A DNA stretch of 64,000 bases from Sphagnum compactum (taxonomy: Eukaryota), in the NCBI GenBank assembly GCA_965153455.1, contig OZ234494.1, positions 1,116,001 to 1,180,000 of the forward strand. The letters are read 5' to 3'. How positions within the stretch are numbered: the first letter of the stretch is position 1; each line of letters starts with the position of its first letter. Shown here one piece after another: positions 40,201 through 53,352 of the stretch. A model generated the notes under the pieces. That model ran no database searches. It was not told where the DNA came from and saw only the letters and a list, made by a program, of their open reading frames with translations. Position numbers and translations under genes: made by a program.

Positions 40201-42495
40201 TACACTGGTTCAGAGTTGAGAACTCTGCTTCATTCGCTTTCTGTATTAGAACACCTATACAAATAGAATTCAAGAAGAGCTTGGAATTCCCTAGGTGACT
40301 TTCAGGTCTGCTAGTTCACTTTCCCCCTGGTTGAACAAGAGCCTGATTGGTTTTTTTATGTTACTACAATAATCTAACTGTAAATTTCTAAGTTGTTAGA
40401 CTATTGGGCACAGTGTTTTCTTTGTCCAAGTTTGTGATGTAGCCAAAGTGTTGATCACCCATAAGAAGATTTAGCCAAATATAGCTCTAAACTAATTATG
40501 ATTTTTTTTTTAAAAGTAATCCTTCTATTATTTGGCTACATGCTGGAACTTATTATACATATCTGGTGAATTTCAGCCATTCTTATCATTGAAAATCCTT
40601 TATATCTAGATCCACAAATGGCAAAAATTTGCCATTAAAAAACATGGTGTCTAATATTGTAAAGGTGGGGTTGCCTTGTCATTTTCGGAGAATGGGCTCC
40701 TGTTAACCTGCCGTTCAAAATGAAGGATTTCACCTACATATTCCCTTTATGAAAACAATCAACAAAAAGTTCACAGATATTGCTTGAATCTCAGAATTGA
40801 TGACTGTGAATGATGTATCATACATTAATATCTGAAGACATTTCATTCATTGATTAAATATAGGTGTAGGTAACTCAATTACATTGGAAAATATAAAATT
40901 TCAAGTCATCCATCTTCTTGGCACAAATGTATGACTAATTGTCAAAAACTACAATAGAACACAGAGTAAGGGCATTAAATTATGATTGTGTGGAAAATCT
41001 AGGTCAAATAATCTTGGAAGTTTTATTCCTTCATAGCAGCCTAGGATATCAAGTGGAGTAGATAAGGTGACCTTATTCACACCTGATCTATAGAGTATAC
41101 ATATTTTAACTTGTGGCATTAGAGGTTGAGGACTATTACATGCAATGTTGTGCTTGCAACTGACATGGGCATGGTTCACATAGAGATCAATGACTCCCAT
41201 ACCTTTTGGTTGTAGATATGATTTTAATGGAGCACTCAAAGCTATAAACATGACAGCGCATCCAAAGATTGATCCCAAAACAGGGGAGATGTTCAGTTAC
41301 AGTGTCAACTATTTCCAAGCTCCGTACCTAACACTCTTCAAAGTTTCAGCTGATGGGAGAAAGCGTGCAAATGTGAACATCACTCTTCCGGAAGCATGTC
41401 TCATACATGACTTTGCAATCACAAGCAAATATATAGTGATTCCAGATACTCAAATTGTCTTGCGCTTGCAGGTATTTATGGCCTCACCAAATGAACTCAA
41501 TTCTTTCCTTAGTTAGAATGCAAGCATGCATTTGAGTTGCAAAAATATGATGTTTTCAAATGATTCAAGACTTCTTATTTTCCATTGAAGTTAAAGATAA
41601 TTATGACCTTTACATAAGTTCAACCATTCTCAGGGAAATGCATTTGTTATGTTTTTATGTGAGGCCGAGATGAAGTAATATAAATAGAGTCCGTCCATGT
41701 GAATGGGTACCTAAGACTTTTGACATAGTATATTATGATGTATTCAAATCCACATTTTTCTTGCAGGAGATGTTCAATGCAAAATCACCAGTTTGCATTG
41801 ATGATAAAAAGATCCCTAGGTTTGGAGTGTTGCCAAGGAATGCCACAACAGAAGCAGGAATCAAGTGGTTTGATCTTCCCGATAGCACATGTTTCCATTA
41901 TGTGAATGCTTGGGAGGAGGGTGATGAGATTGTTGTGGTTGGATCTACACTATCACCAATCCATTTCACTTTTCAACAATCGGACAAACTTGAATTGCGG
42001 TTAGCAACATTTCATCTCAACCTCAAGACAGGAAAAGCTTATAAACAAGAGCTTGCAAGTAATGCAAACTTTGAAGGTGGACAATTCAACAAGATGTATC
42101 AGTGTAAAAAGACAAGATATGTGTATGGAGTATTGTCAGGACCATTCCCGAAATATGGAGGAATAGCCAAATCCGACTTGGAAGCTTCACAAAATAATGA
42201 TGTAACACAACAAGCTGTTGTTGGGTGGCACAAATTCCCAGCAAATTGTTATTGTAGTGAACCCTATTTTGTACCCCGTAGTACGGATCCGTCTATTTTG
42301 GAGGATGATGGGTACATCCTCACATATTACCATGACGAAACTGCCAATGTATCAAAACTCCTTGTTTTAGATGCACGGTCACCGACTCTTGAAATAGTTA
42401 CATCTCTCAAGTTGCCACATCGAGTTCCTTATGGCTTCCATGGTCTGTTTGTCGCAAATGAGCAACTCTCTAACCAATGGCCTTCTGTGGCATAG
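37244..42495 (+). CDS. NCED/CCD4-like carotenoid cleavage dioxygenase, copy 2 (intact, 669 aa)
   Basis: Exons 37244-38013, 38740-38994, 41216-41471, 41767-42495 (770+255+256+729 = 2010 nt) with compatible phases and GT-AG introns. Ser/Thr/Arg-rich N-terminus suggests a plastid transit peptide. Motifs [45 protein letters not shown], four conserved His, EPYFVP, EDDGY. Confidence 0.93.
39100..39680. mobile_element. Insertion in intron 2 of CCD copy 2, absent from copy 1
   Basis: Copy 1 reads ggagtccttaagtctcg uninterrupted; copy 2 has about 580 bp inserted there with TAA at both junctions, and an internal hairpin at 39561-39656. Confidence 0.65.
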
Positions 42496-44099
42496 TCATG
42501 TTTCCCCATAGGAATGAAGTGTAGAGAGTAAGTGCTTAGAAGCAACTTGAGTATTGAGAAGAATTTGAGAATACAACCAGAAACTAGATTTTGAGTACTT
42601 GAATTGGGTGAACCATTCTATGTAAATTTGGTCAAATCTTTTTATTTTTTAGACCCACATTAAATCATATTTTAGAATTTTATTGGTGACATGTGTTGTC
42701 TTTTGGTTGCACATTAAAATGGTATCTTCAGTTTTTTACATTTGGTCACCTCTAATAACTTTTTGGTGACACATTAAACTTAGGTTTTTTTTTTTTTTTT
42801 TCCTTCCCCCCATTCTATTGAATTTACTGATTTATTTGGCCCACATTAACAAATGAATTTTGGCTCATTGTTTTTGGTCATTGGGTTTTCACAAATTAAC
42901 AAGTAAATTTTCATTTTTTGTCATACTACTATGATGTATAAGTTGCATTCACATTATAGTTATATAATCGCATGCTATATATTATGGTGTATTTTTAAAA
43001 TCTTAGTTGATTGCTATGGTAATTGTTTTATCAACATGTATTGTACAATTTCTTATGGCAAGGAATATTTGCATCCAAATTGAAAAGACACATATGGACA
43101 AATTGATGTCTCACATGAAGTCATGTTGTGTATCATATTTTCAAATGGAAGCTCTTCATGATGTCCAAATTCCTCAACATCAACAAATTGATTAACACCT
43201 TTACATTTTGTTTTATTAATTCACTTTAGAAAGATAGCTGAATTTTGTCCATTGTAGTTTTTTTAATTTATTTAAAATGTTTTTTTTTGTTAATGATAAA
43301 TTTCCTTGTTGATATTTCAATCAAATTATAAGATTTGAAGTCTAAGCTTAGAAATGTGTTCTCAGCCTCAAGGTTTGGTATTTTTCTCATCCATTTTGTG
43401 TGCATAAGCTTCACATTCAAACATTATAAATTTGACGTTCCATTGAAGGTCATCCACACTTGTGTGTCATCCTATTCATAACCCTACAAATGCATGTAAC
43501 CCTGATGTAAGTTATGATTTTTAAAACATTTGACCAAAATTTTGAGATTGAATTAGGCCAATGAGTGATTACTTTAGAAGTCAAAGGAGGTTGAATCCTC
43601 ACACATTGTTTTTCTACTTCTGAAGTTGAAAGAACATTTGTAGTCCTCCACCTAACATTTATAATGTCGCAAAAATTGCTCAATTCGATAAATGAATGGA
43701 GAAGATATAAGGTGTTTGGGGTAAAGGGGTTCAATGTTCCATCATGGATAAATTAAAACAAATTAGAATTTTGAATTTCAAACCTTGGATCATTGCATAT
43801 TTGCCTTTGGAATATAAAGAAGTTTTGTAAAACGTCAGTTGGTGTGCCCATAAGTTTTAAATCATCATTACCAAAAATCATCTTGGAAAACTAAACCAAA
43901 AACCAATCATTTTGACATTTGGTCAATTTGACCATTTAGTCATACTGGACAAGTCAATTTGAACACGTTCAACTTGACTAGTGGTTGTTTTGATTGACCA
44001 TAAAATGGTTTTTTTGACTAATCAAATCAGCCAGCAAAAATTAGGCCAACAAAAAAAAAATTTAAAAAATTGTTCAATTTTTAAATATAAAAATATAAA

Positions 44100-44825
44100 T
44101 AATAAGTACCTACCTACCCACCCTCCCATCACCTACTTACCCACCATGGCCTTCTACCTACTTCTCCACAACCCACCTAAGTACTATACATTTACACACA
44201 TGTACACGATATATATATGAATACATATTCTACATAATATATGTTGGTAAAGGGGATTGAAACTTGGTCTCCTTGGTTTCACACCAATGTCTTGACCATT
44301 AAACAACCCCACCACTTTGTAAAACAATATGATACCAATTACATTTAACATGTTTCCTTGAACTTCCATGAATTTTTTTGTTAATGTGTATAACAACATT
44401 TGAACTTTAATTCTTTTCATAAATAGAAAAGTAAATACCTAACTAGATAGATATGTAAGTAAATAGTATGTAGGTATATACAAATATATAGGTAGATAAT
44501 AAAATAAATAGGTAAATAAATATTAAATAGGTAAGTAGATAGATAATAAGTAGGTAGGTAGGTAAATAGATAGGTAGGTAGATGTTTAAGTGAGTAGATA
44601 GTAGGTAAGTAGATAAATAAATAGATAGGTAATTAGGTAGATGGTAGGTAGGTGGATAAATAGATAATAGGTAGGTAAATTGGTAGATAAATTGGTAGGT
44701 AGGTAAATAAATAAAAGCTAGGTAGGTAGATAGTAGCAGGTAGGTAGGATATAGGTAGGATGTTGGTAAATAGATTGCAGGTAAGTAGGTAGGTAGGTTG
44801 TTTAATAAGCATATCAAGTAGGCTA
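44100..44825. repeat. TAGG/TAGA-rich degenerate simple repeat
   Basis: Long runs of taggtaggtagata and the complementary cctaccta; similar tracts at 10350-10840, 19860-20190 and 33170-33750. Confidence 0.85.
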
Positions 44826-47800
44826 ACTAACCAAATTAATGTGGCTAATTTGATTAAGCATTACCACTCAGTATGGCCAATTTGACTAAGTTAGGGACAT
44901 CTTGATGGACCATTTTAAAAAATTATCCTTTTTGATTAAATATACAACTTAACATTTGGTTAATATGGTCACTTTAGTCAAAAGAACTAACTAAAAGAAC
45001 CATGTGTCTTTCAGGCCCCCTGCCTTTAGTCAAAATGAACATTTTTTAGTCGATGTGAACATTTTGGTCAAGTTGAACCTTTTGAAAAACTGTGATTTCT
45101 TGTAGTGCAATCAAAATGAACTAAAAATGAGAAACATATAAGGTTAAAACTAGGGAAAGCCTTAAGCCATTTTTGCAATTTTTTGAAGCAAACTATCACT
45201 CACCTTTTTCATGTGTTTTCAGTGTTGTTCCTTTGCTTCTGATGTTCAAAGAACATGTGAGCCCTCCAATTTGCATGTCCAATGACTCAAAAATGGCTCC
45301 ATTTGATTAAGGAACAAGGGAAATATTGGAAATTGTTCAATGATAAGTAAATGTTTGATGATGAATGATTTTACTATATTTTGTTGTAGTAGGCAACAAA
45401 CCCAAGGCATAAGCCTGGTAAAGTATGCTAATCAAAGACATTTTCTTTTTTGGAAAGTATCCATAAAATATACCTTAACATATTGAATTCATGAATATTA
45501 TTTAGTCAATGATCAACACTAAGAAATTCTTTGATTTCATTGTATAATATTAAAGAAACACATGTTTTAATATGCATTTAAGGACTTTTTTTGAGATGTA
45601 AGTACTAGAAAGTACGAATCATAGTTCTGCAAAATAGAGTTACACGTACATGAAAGTAAGACATCAATTGGAATCATTATACTTTCAAGTTGATAATATA
45701 ACATCAACTTTTCATATTATAGTCATAATCTATCAAAATTTTAATGTAAAAGTATTTTGAAAAATTTGAACACCAACCAATTTAGAACATAATTTTCATC
45801 CACTTTTACAATAAACTCAATGAAATGTTCTATGATTTCAAAATGCAACTTAAATAAGTTTTTAATATCTTTTTGAATGTGAATGTTAAAACAAGACTTT
45901 TTTTTTAAATTAAATTTTTTTAGGAATATTTTTTGGGCATACTTTATTATGCTTGGACCCCATGCATATTTTGGTAATGGTTAGTTAACTTGTTCTATTC
46001 TTTCAAGTTATTGTGTATAAGATAGATTTTTAGTATTGAATCCACTAAGAACCATTTTTTTTAAAAGCTAGGGTTTTTATGTTTTTTTATGTAGTTGAGT
46101 GTTGTTTAAAGTCTATTTTTGATATTTTGAATGGTTGCTTGTTGAAAATAATAATGTATCTATACTTTTTTTTATTTTAGTTTTGGTATCACTTATAATT
46201 TTTTGTAATAGATTTATATAGACTTAACATTTTTTGTAAATTATATTTGAAAGTATTTTGCATGTTCCTTTTTATTTTAATGAGTAAAATTTCAGCAAAC
46301 AACTTTTGTAATTTGACAAGCTCCCATCTAAGTTCAAGTATGATAAGAAACTAATAATTACTTCACAAACCAAGATATATATATATATATATATATTCAA
46401 GTTCTAATAGCATTTAGTTCCCCATTGCCAATACTAACTTTAAGATGTTACTCCATGAAAAGGGTTGGAGTCATATGAACAGCATTAAACTATTTAGTGA
46501 GGAAGAGCTTGTTCATTAACCCTTTATCATCACCTCATTTTCCTAAATTTCTCAAATCCATGTGCATTGTTCTCTTTCAAACATTGTTCACTGACAACTA
46601 ATTATTAGAAAGACTTTGAACAACAAAATTGAAGTATTCTCCTATTTGGCATGTGTTACAATAATAACAATGTTAGTCTGGGTGGCTAGATTAGAGAGCT
46701 GATGAAAGTAATAAAGTCAACAAAAATTTCAATTTCAAACTTTCATAAATAATGAAGTATCAAGTCAAAAGCTTGTATGATAATTTAATAAATATTTCAA
46801 ATGATATATGTCATATATCATGTGTCAATATGACATTTGTCATATATTTGATCTTTTCTATTGAAATTTAATGATTATCTTTTGTCTTTTGTATGCGGTG
46901 TTATGTTATAAATAGAATTTTTAACATATTGTCATCTTACAAGGGGTTTCAAGTTGAGATTTAAAGTTTTACATTAAGATTTATTTATTTTTGGTTTGAG
47001 TTTAAAGTTCTAATGTAAACTTTAGGTTTTATGGTTTTAGGTTGAGGATTTAGGCTTTAAACCTTAAAGTCAAAGGTGTCAGGTTACTAGAAAAAACAAG
47101 TTTTATTGTTAAGGTTTTATAATATCATTGTAACTCTTTGTCAGTAAAAATGGATGAGGGATTTAGTGGTGATTAAAGATTATGTATTAGACATCAGTTT
47201 TTGAACTCAAATGAGATTGAAAGGAAAAGATAGATTTTAAAAATATGTTAGGTATAGAAGGAATCTGATTTGATTGGTAGACTTAATTTTTTACTTTTCA
47301 CATTGGAGAATTAGGGGGTTAAAGGATTCACAATATCCTAGACACAAAGGCCTTTGCTATGTCCTCACTTTTTTATGCTCAAAAACTCTAAGCATATGAG
47401 TCAAAAGGGATATAAACTAAATTAATAAATCTATTTGAATTCATCCAACTTCTAGAACATATTAGAGATTGAGTTTTACCTATAATGAACATTTATTCAT
47501 TTCTTCATTTAAAACTACATACATGTTTAATTCTATTTTGTAATTCTTCAAAGTTGGAGAATTGTTGCTAATGGGTTAGATACCTAGACCTTTATTCTAC
47601 TAATGTGCCAAACTGAAAAAATAAGTAAATCAGTTTATGCAAGAAACAATCATGGAAGAAAACCACTCATTATGCCCATCAAATTTCTTGAGAGAATTTC
47701 ACCAATTCGTGGTCAATCCATTGATAGAAATGACATCCAAACAATAGTTGGATTGAAGTGATGTCTCAAAAGAGACAAATATGAAAACATTGTGCACACA

Positions 47801-48713
47801 ATAGCTCAGCCCTAGTTGTGAAATTACATATAGTAAAGGAACAATGGTACCGACAATGAAGCCTCCCTTAAATCCGTTCATCTACTGCGTGACCATTCCT
47901 GCTGTAACAGACACACGTGTAGGCGCGCGGGAGGTTGGAGGGGAGGTATTTTTTTTCAAGCTGTATTTGGACAGTGGACAGTCCATGTCCACTTGGACAG
48001 TGGACAGTGGACAGTCCATGTCCACTTGGACAGTGGACAGTGGACTTTCCATGCAAGTTTTATTTGGGCGCGGGGGGGAGGACTATTTTCCTTTCAGCCA
48101 ATGGGAAGGCCCAAGGTGCCTTGCTTTTATTCCTTTTAAGTTTGGGGGGTGGGAAGGATTTTTTTGGGGAACACATGGGGAACCCCCAAAAAAATTCAAC
48201 ACTCCCCTTTATAAACTGGTGGTACTTATTATTAATTAGTAAGGGGATGCACCCACTGTTTGTTTGTTTTTTTTTTCCCAGAAGCAGCCATTTGATTGGC
48301 CCATCACCAATACTTTTGGAACATGGGGCACTCCCCAACATAAAAGCCTAAATATGGTTCCCTCCCAAAAATAGACGCATGATTTGTCATACTTCCTTTT
48401 GCTCCCCTATGGAATAAAAAAATGAGGTGCTATTGGGAGCACCTTAGGGAACATATTGAGAACAAACATAAAACCAAAAATCCCACACCCCCAAACCCAA
48501 AAGAAAAAAACTATGCTCCCTTGAGCCTTCTCATTGGCTGCATGTAATTTCTATTTCCAAAACAATTCATCACCATTTCAACCTCCCCATTATAAACTCG
48601 GGGTACTTATCTGAGTGTGAACTCTGAGTTCATTTTGTGGGAAATTCATGGAACGTTTATTTATTTTAATCGCCCCTGAAGCCGGACGGACAGTCTACTT
48701 CGCGGACGGACAG

Positions 48714-51700
48714 TGTCGCAACCCTAGCCTTTGGCTTGCGACCAAGGCAAGGGGGTTGTGAGGTTGCGGGCCTAGTAGTAGACCCGGGAGGCACATCACA
48801 TGCTCCCGGGAGTGCAAGGAGTGCAAAGAGTCCAGAGAGTGTGAGGGAGTGAACCCTCACACTCCCAAGTGAACTCCCACGTTGGGAGTTGGTGAGAGTT
48901 GGAGTCCCGGAGGGACTCCCGAAATTTCAGAGAGCGTTTTGAGGGGTCAAAACTCCATGGCTTGTTTTGCACTTTATATCAATGGAAAGCTCTTGAAGTG
49001 TAGATGTCCAAAATGGGCTCGCATTGCTCATTTGGACATCTGAAACACAAGTTATGGCCAAAAGAAGGCCCGGGAGTCGAATTCCCGGGAGTCGTCCAGT
49101 TTTGACTCCCGACCACTAAAAGTCGGGAATCGACCCGAAATACTAGGCTGCAGAGGACGTGCCACATATCGTTGGAAAGCTCTCGACGAGAGCTACAACT
49201 TTGCTTCAGACCGCATCGCGATCCGAGGTCTGCTCGCAATGTTATGGGGCTCCAAAGTCGCGGGAGTCCCATTTGGCGCGATTTCGGGACTCCCACGCGG
49301 GAGTCCCGGGAAAAATAGCCATTTGGATGTAGCCTCCGTGGAGAGTCACAGAGTATACTATAAGGGGGGAAGTGGTTGGCTTCCCCAAGGGGGAAGGTGC
49401 TGGCTTCCCCACCAAAGGGAGTGAGGTGGTGGCTTACTCCCGAGCCCGGAGTGTGTGTGTGTTCAAAGTGAGTCCGAGTTCACCCGTGGCTTGTCCCAAC
49501 ACCAAAAAGGATTCAACATGAGTCCCAAGGGGGAAGGTGATGGCTTCCCCAAGGTCCGGGCCGTGGCTCTTCCTAGCACCAAAGGTGCTCCAACTTTGGA
49601 CTAACCACTTGGAGTGGTTAATGGAGGGTCCGTGTGAGTGAGTCAAGCTTGTCAACTCTTCCTAGTCCCATCCCGGAGCTCCAACACACCCTTCTACCCC
49701 TCAAGTGTTGTGAGCTAGGGAGCGGCTCCAAGTTCCAACCGCTTCCGCATTGCCGCATACTTGGACCCTCGAGTGGGTCCACAAGGAACTTGGGAGCGCG
49801 TCACTTGGTATCAGAGCTCCGGTGAGCTCGATCCACTTATTGGGGAGTTCCGATGGCACCAAAGAAGTCCCCCAAGGTAGTCCAAGAGACCGTGGTGGAA
49901 GAACCCACGCAAGAGTTGGATGTTCCACCCCAAGCCATAATGGGGGATGAACAAAATGTTTCCGAAGGTGAGGAAGACCGTGATAGCCATGAGGACCATG
50001 AAAATGAAGAGGAGCAATCAAATGCGGTGCTCTTCACCCCGGAACAATTGGAAGTCTTACTCAAAATGAATAGGCCCGATTTTAGTGAATTGGTTGAGGC
50101 CCTCAAGGGAGGTTCATCCAAAGGTGTGGAGTTCAAGCCCGCTAGGCCCGGGAACTTTGATGGGGCCCGGGACCGAAAGGTTGTGGATGCTTGGCTTGCG
50201 GAAATGGAAGATTACCTCCATGCCGCCAAGGTTGGTCGGCACTCGGCCGTGGAACTTGCCCAATCCTAATTGAAGGGGAATGGAGCCGAGGCCAAGAAAC
50301 CTCAAAGGGGAAAAAGCCCAAACAATTCCAAGGCTCAGATTTTAAACCCAAAGGAAATTTTGTCAAGAAATGGGCTCCTTTCAAAGGGAGCCAACCCAAG
50401 GGAAATGCTAGTGGGAAACCCAAAGGAGTGTGCTTCAATTGTAATGAAGTGGGGCATCACTCTAAGGATTGCCCCAAACCCAAATCGGGGAGTGGGGTTT
50501 CTAAGGGACTTCCCACAACTTCATAACCAAGAAAGTGCGAAAAGAATGGAGCTCCCCTTGGAGGAGCTCAAGGCACCCATGGAGGTGCACTTTGCGGATG
50601 GGATTCCCCATCCCACCAAGTTGTGAGCCAAAGATGTGCCCCTCCAATTGGGAAATTGGAGAGGCAAGGTGGACTTTTAGTTTCCACCTTAGGGGGAATG
50701 GAATTCATCACCCGTGACAATGTGCTCATGGAAGGGCACAATAGGCTAGTTAGGATCCCATCCAAGAATGGGATCGCGCGAGTGAAGGCACATGAAGTGC
50801 CTAGTGTGGGTGGGACCACAATCCACTTGATGTTGGGAAATTAAGTTCCAAAAGGAAGTTCAACTTGGGTTGGGCAACCCCCAAGTGATGCAAGTGAGGA
50901 AGTGCTCATGGTCACACAACTTGAAGAAGCAAAAGAAATATAGACCGTGATGAGGACATCACCTTTCTTTTAGGGGGTGGAAAGGTACACAAATGTACCA
51001 CATCAAGTTGTAAGTGAAATAAAGGCTAAGTTTTTGAGCTTCCAAGAGATTGCATCACAAACAAGAGATTGCATCACAAACATAGAGATTGCATCTCAAA
51101 CAAACAAACAAACAAAAAAAAAAAAAAAAAAAAACCACAATAAAAAGGGGTTGTCAAGTGGCATGGGCAAATGGAACTCTCTCGCGTACGCCCAAATCAA
51201 AATCGGACTCCACTTAGAGGCTAGGAGAAATCTTGGTCCCAAAAGAGGAGGTAAGCAAGGTGAGCTTACGGGGACGTGCACATGCCCAACGTGCATCCCA
51301 AAGGGTTGGTTGGTAGTGGCGGCCAACGCGGGGAGTCATGACCCCGTTCACGTACTATAATCGTGTAGCTTGGGACTTAGGCCTTTGCAAAGCCTAAACG
51401 TTGCTTCTCGTACCTTGATAAGCATACCTTTTCGTGAAGGCTTGGTTGTTGTGACCGAGGCGCGAGATGGGGGAAAGGAGTCATGTCAAGTAGCTTGAGT
51501 CAAGAGTAGACTTGTCTCGAGTTCCTCATGAAGGAAAGGATGAAAGAGTTCCTCCCGAGTGAGGGGGGGGGTTTAAGAGAAACCCTCCCGGACTTGTCAA
51601 GAGAGTGTTGGAAGCTTGGGGGACGCCCGAGTTAGCTTGAGACAAGGTCCGAGCCGCAAGGTGTCGGCTCGAGTTCCTCATGAAGGAAAGGATGAAAGAG

Positions 51701-53329
51701 TTCCTCCCGAGTGAGGGGGGGGGTTTAAGAGAAACCCTCCCGGACTTGTCAAGAGAGTGTTGGAAGCTTGGGGACGCCTAAGTTAGCTTGAGACAAGGTC
51801 CAAGCCGCAAGGTGTCGGCAAATGATGACTCATGAGGGGAAGGATGAAATAGTTCCTCCCGAGTGAGGGAGGGGGTTTAAGAGAAACCTTCCTCGACTTG
51901 TCAAGAGAGTGTTGGAAGCTTGGGGGATGCCCGAGTTAGCTTGAGACAAGGGCCAAGCCGCAAGGTGTCGGCAAGTGATGGCCAAAGATCCAAAAGAAAG
52001 CAAGTGCAATTGTGTGGGTGAAAACCCTAAGTGTCAATGAGGACATTGACCTCTTCTTCTAGTGAGGGAGAGTGTCGCAACCCTAGCCTTGGCTCAAGGC
52101 CAAGGCAAGGGGGTTACAAGGTGCAAGCCTAATAGTAGACCCGGGAGTCACATCGCATGCTCCCGGGAGTGCAACCGTGAGAGAGAGAAAACTCTAAGTG
52201 TCAATGAGGACATTGACCTCTTCTTCTAGTGGGGGAGAGTGTCGCAACCCTAGCCTTTGGCTTGCGACCAAGGCAAGGGGGTTGTGAGGTTGCGGGCCTA
52301 GTAGTAGACCCGGGAGGCACATCACATGCTCCCGGGAGTGCAAGGAGTGCAAAGAGTCCAGAGAGTGTGAGGGAGTGAACCCTCACACTCCCAAGTGAAC
52401 TCCCACGTTGGGAGTTGGTGAGAGTTGGAGTCCCGGAGGGACTCCCGAAATTTCAGAGAGCGTTTTGAGGGGTCAAAACTCCATGGCTTGTTTTGCACTT
52501 TATATCAATGGAAAGCTCTTGAAGTGTAGATGTCCAAAATGGGCTCGCATTGCTCATTTGGACATCTGAAACACAAGTTATGGCCAAAAGAAGGCCCGGG
52601 AGTCGAATTCCCGGGAGTCGTCCAGTTTTGACTCCCGACCACTAAAAGTCGGGAATCGACCCGAAATACTAGGCTGCAGAGGACGTGCCACATATCGTTG
52701 GAAAGCTCTCGACGAGAGCTACAACTTTGCTTCAGACCGCATCGCGATCCGAGGTCTGCTCGCAATGTTATGGGGCTCCAAAGTCGCGGGAGTCCCATTT
52801 GGCGCGATTTCGGGACTCCCACGCGGGAGTCCCGGGAAAAATAGCCATTTGGATGTAGCCTCCGTGGAGAGTCACAGAGTATACTATAAGGGGGGAAGTG
52901 GTTGGCTTCCCCAAGGGGGAAGGTGCTGGCTTCCCCACCAAAGGGAGTGAGGTGGTGGCTTACTCCCGAGCCCGGAGTGTGTGTGTGTTCAAAGTGAGTC
53001 CGAGTTCACCCGTGGCTTGTCCCAACACCAAAAAGGATTCAACATGAGTCCCAAGGGGGAAGGTGATGGCTTCCCCAAGGTCCGGGCCGTGGCTCTTCCT
53101 AGCACCAAAGGTGCTCCAACTTTGGACTAACCACTTGGAGTGGTTAATGGAGGGTCCGTGTGAGTGAGTCAAGCTTGTCAACTCTTCCTAGTCCCATCCC
53201 GGAGCTCCAACACACCCTTCTACCCCTCAAGTGTTGTGAGCTAGGGAGCGGCTCCAAGTTCCAACCGCTTCCGCATTGTCGCATACTTGGACCCTCGAGT
53301 GGGTCCACAAGGAACTTGGGAGCGCGTCA
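48714..53329 (+). mobile_element. Non-autonomous Ty3/Gypsy LTR retrotransposon with both ends intact
   Basis: LTRs 48714-49803 and 52240-53329 (each 1090 bp, TG...CA); 5-bp TSD GACAG (48709-48713, 53330-53334); tRNA-Met PBS tggtatcagagc (49806-49817); PPT agtgggggagag before the 3' LTR. Interior has only truncated gag (49853-50269), a CCHC knuckle CFNCNEVGHHSKDC and protease remnants. Confidence 0.96.
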
Positions 53330-53352
53330 GACAGTCTCTCTGTGCTCTGTAG

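Noticed and set aside
48979-49825. ORFs duplicated exactly at 52505-53330
   Set aside because: They lie within the two LTRs; identity reflects LTR duplication, not genes.
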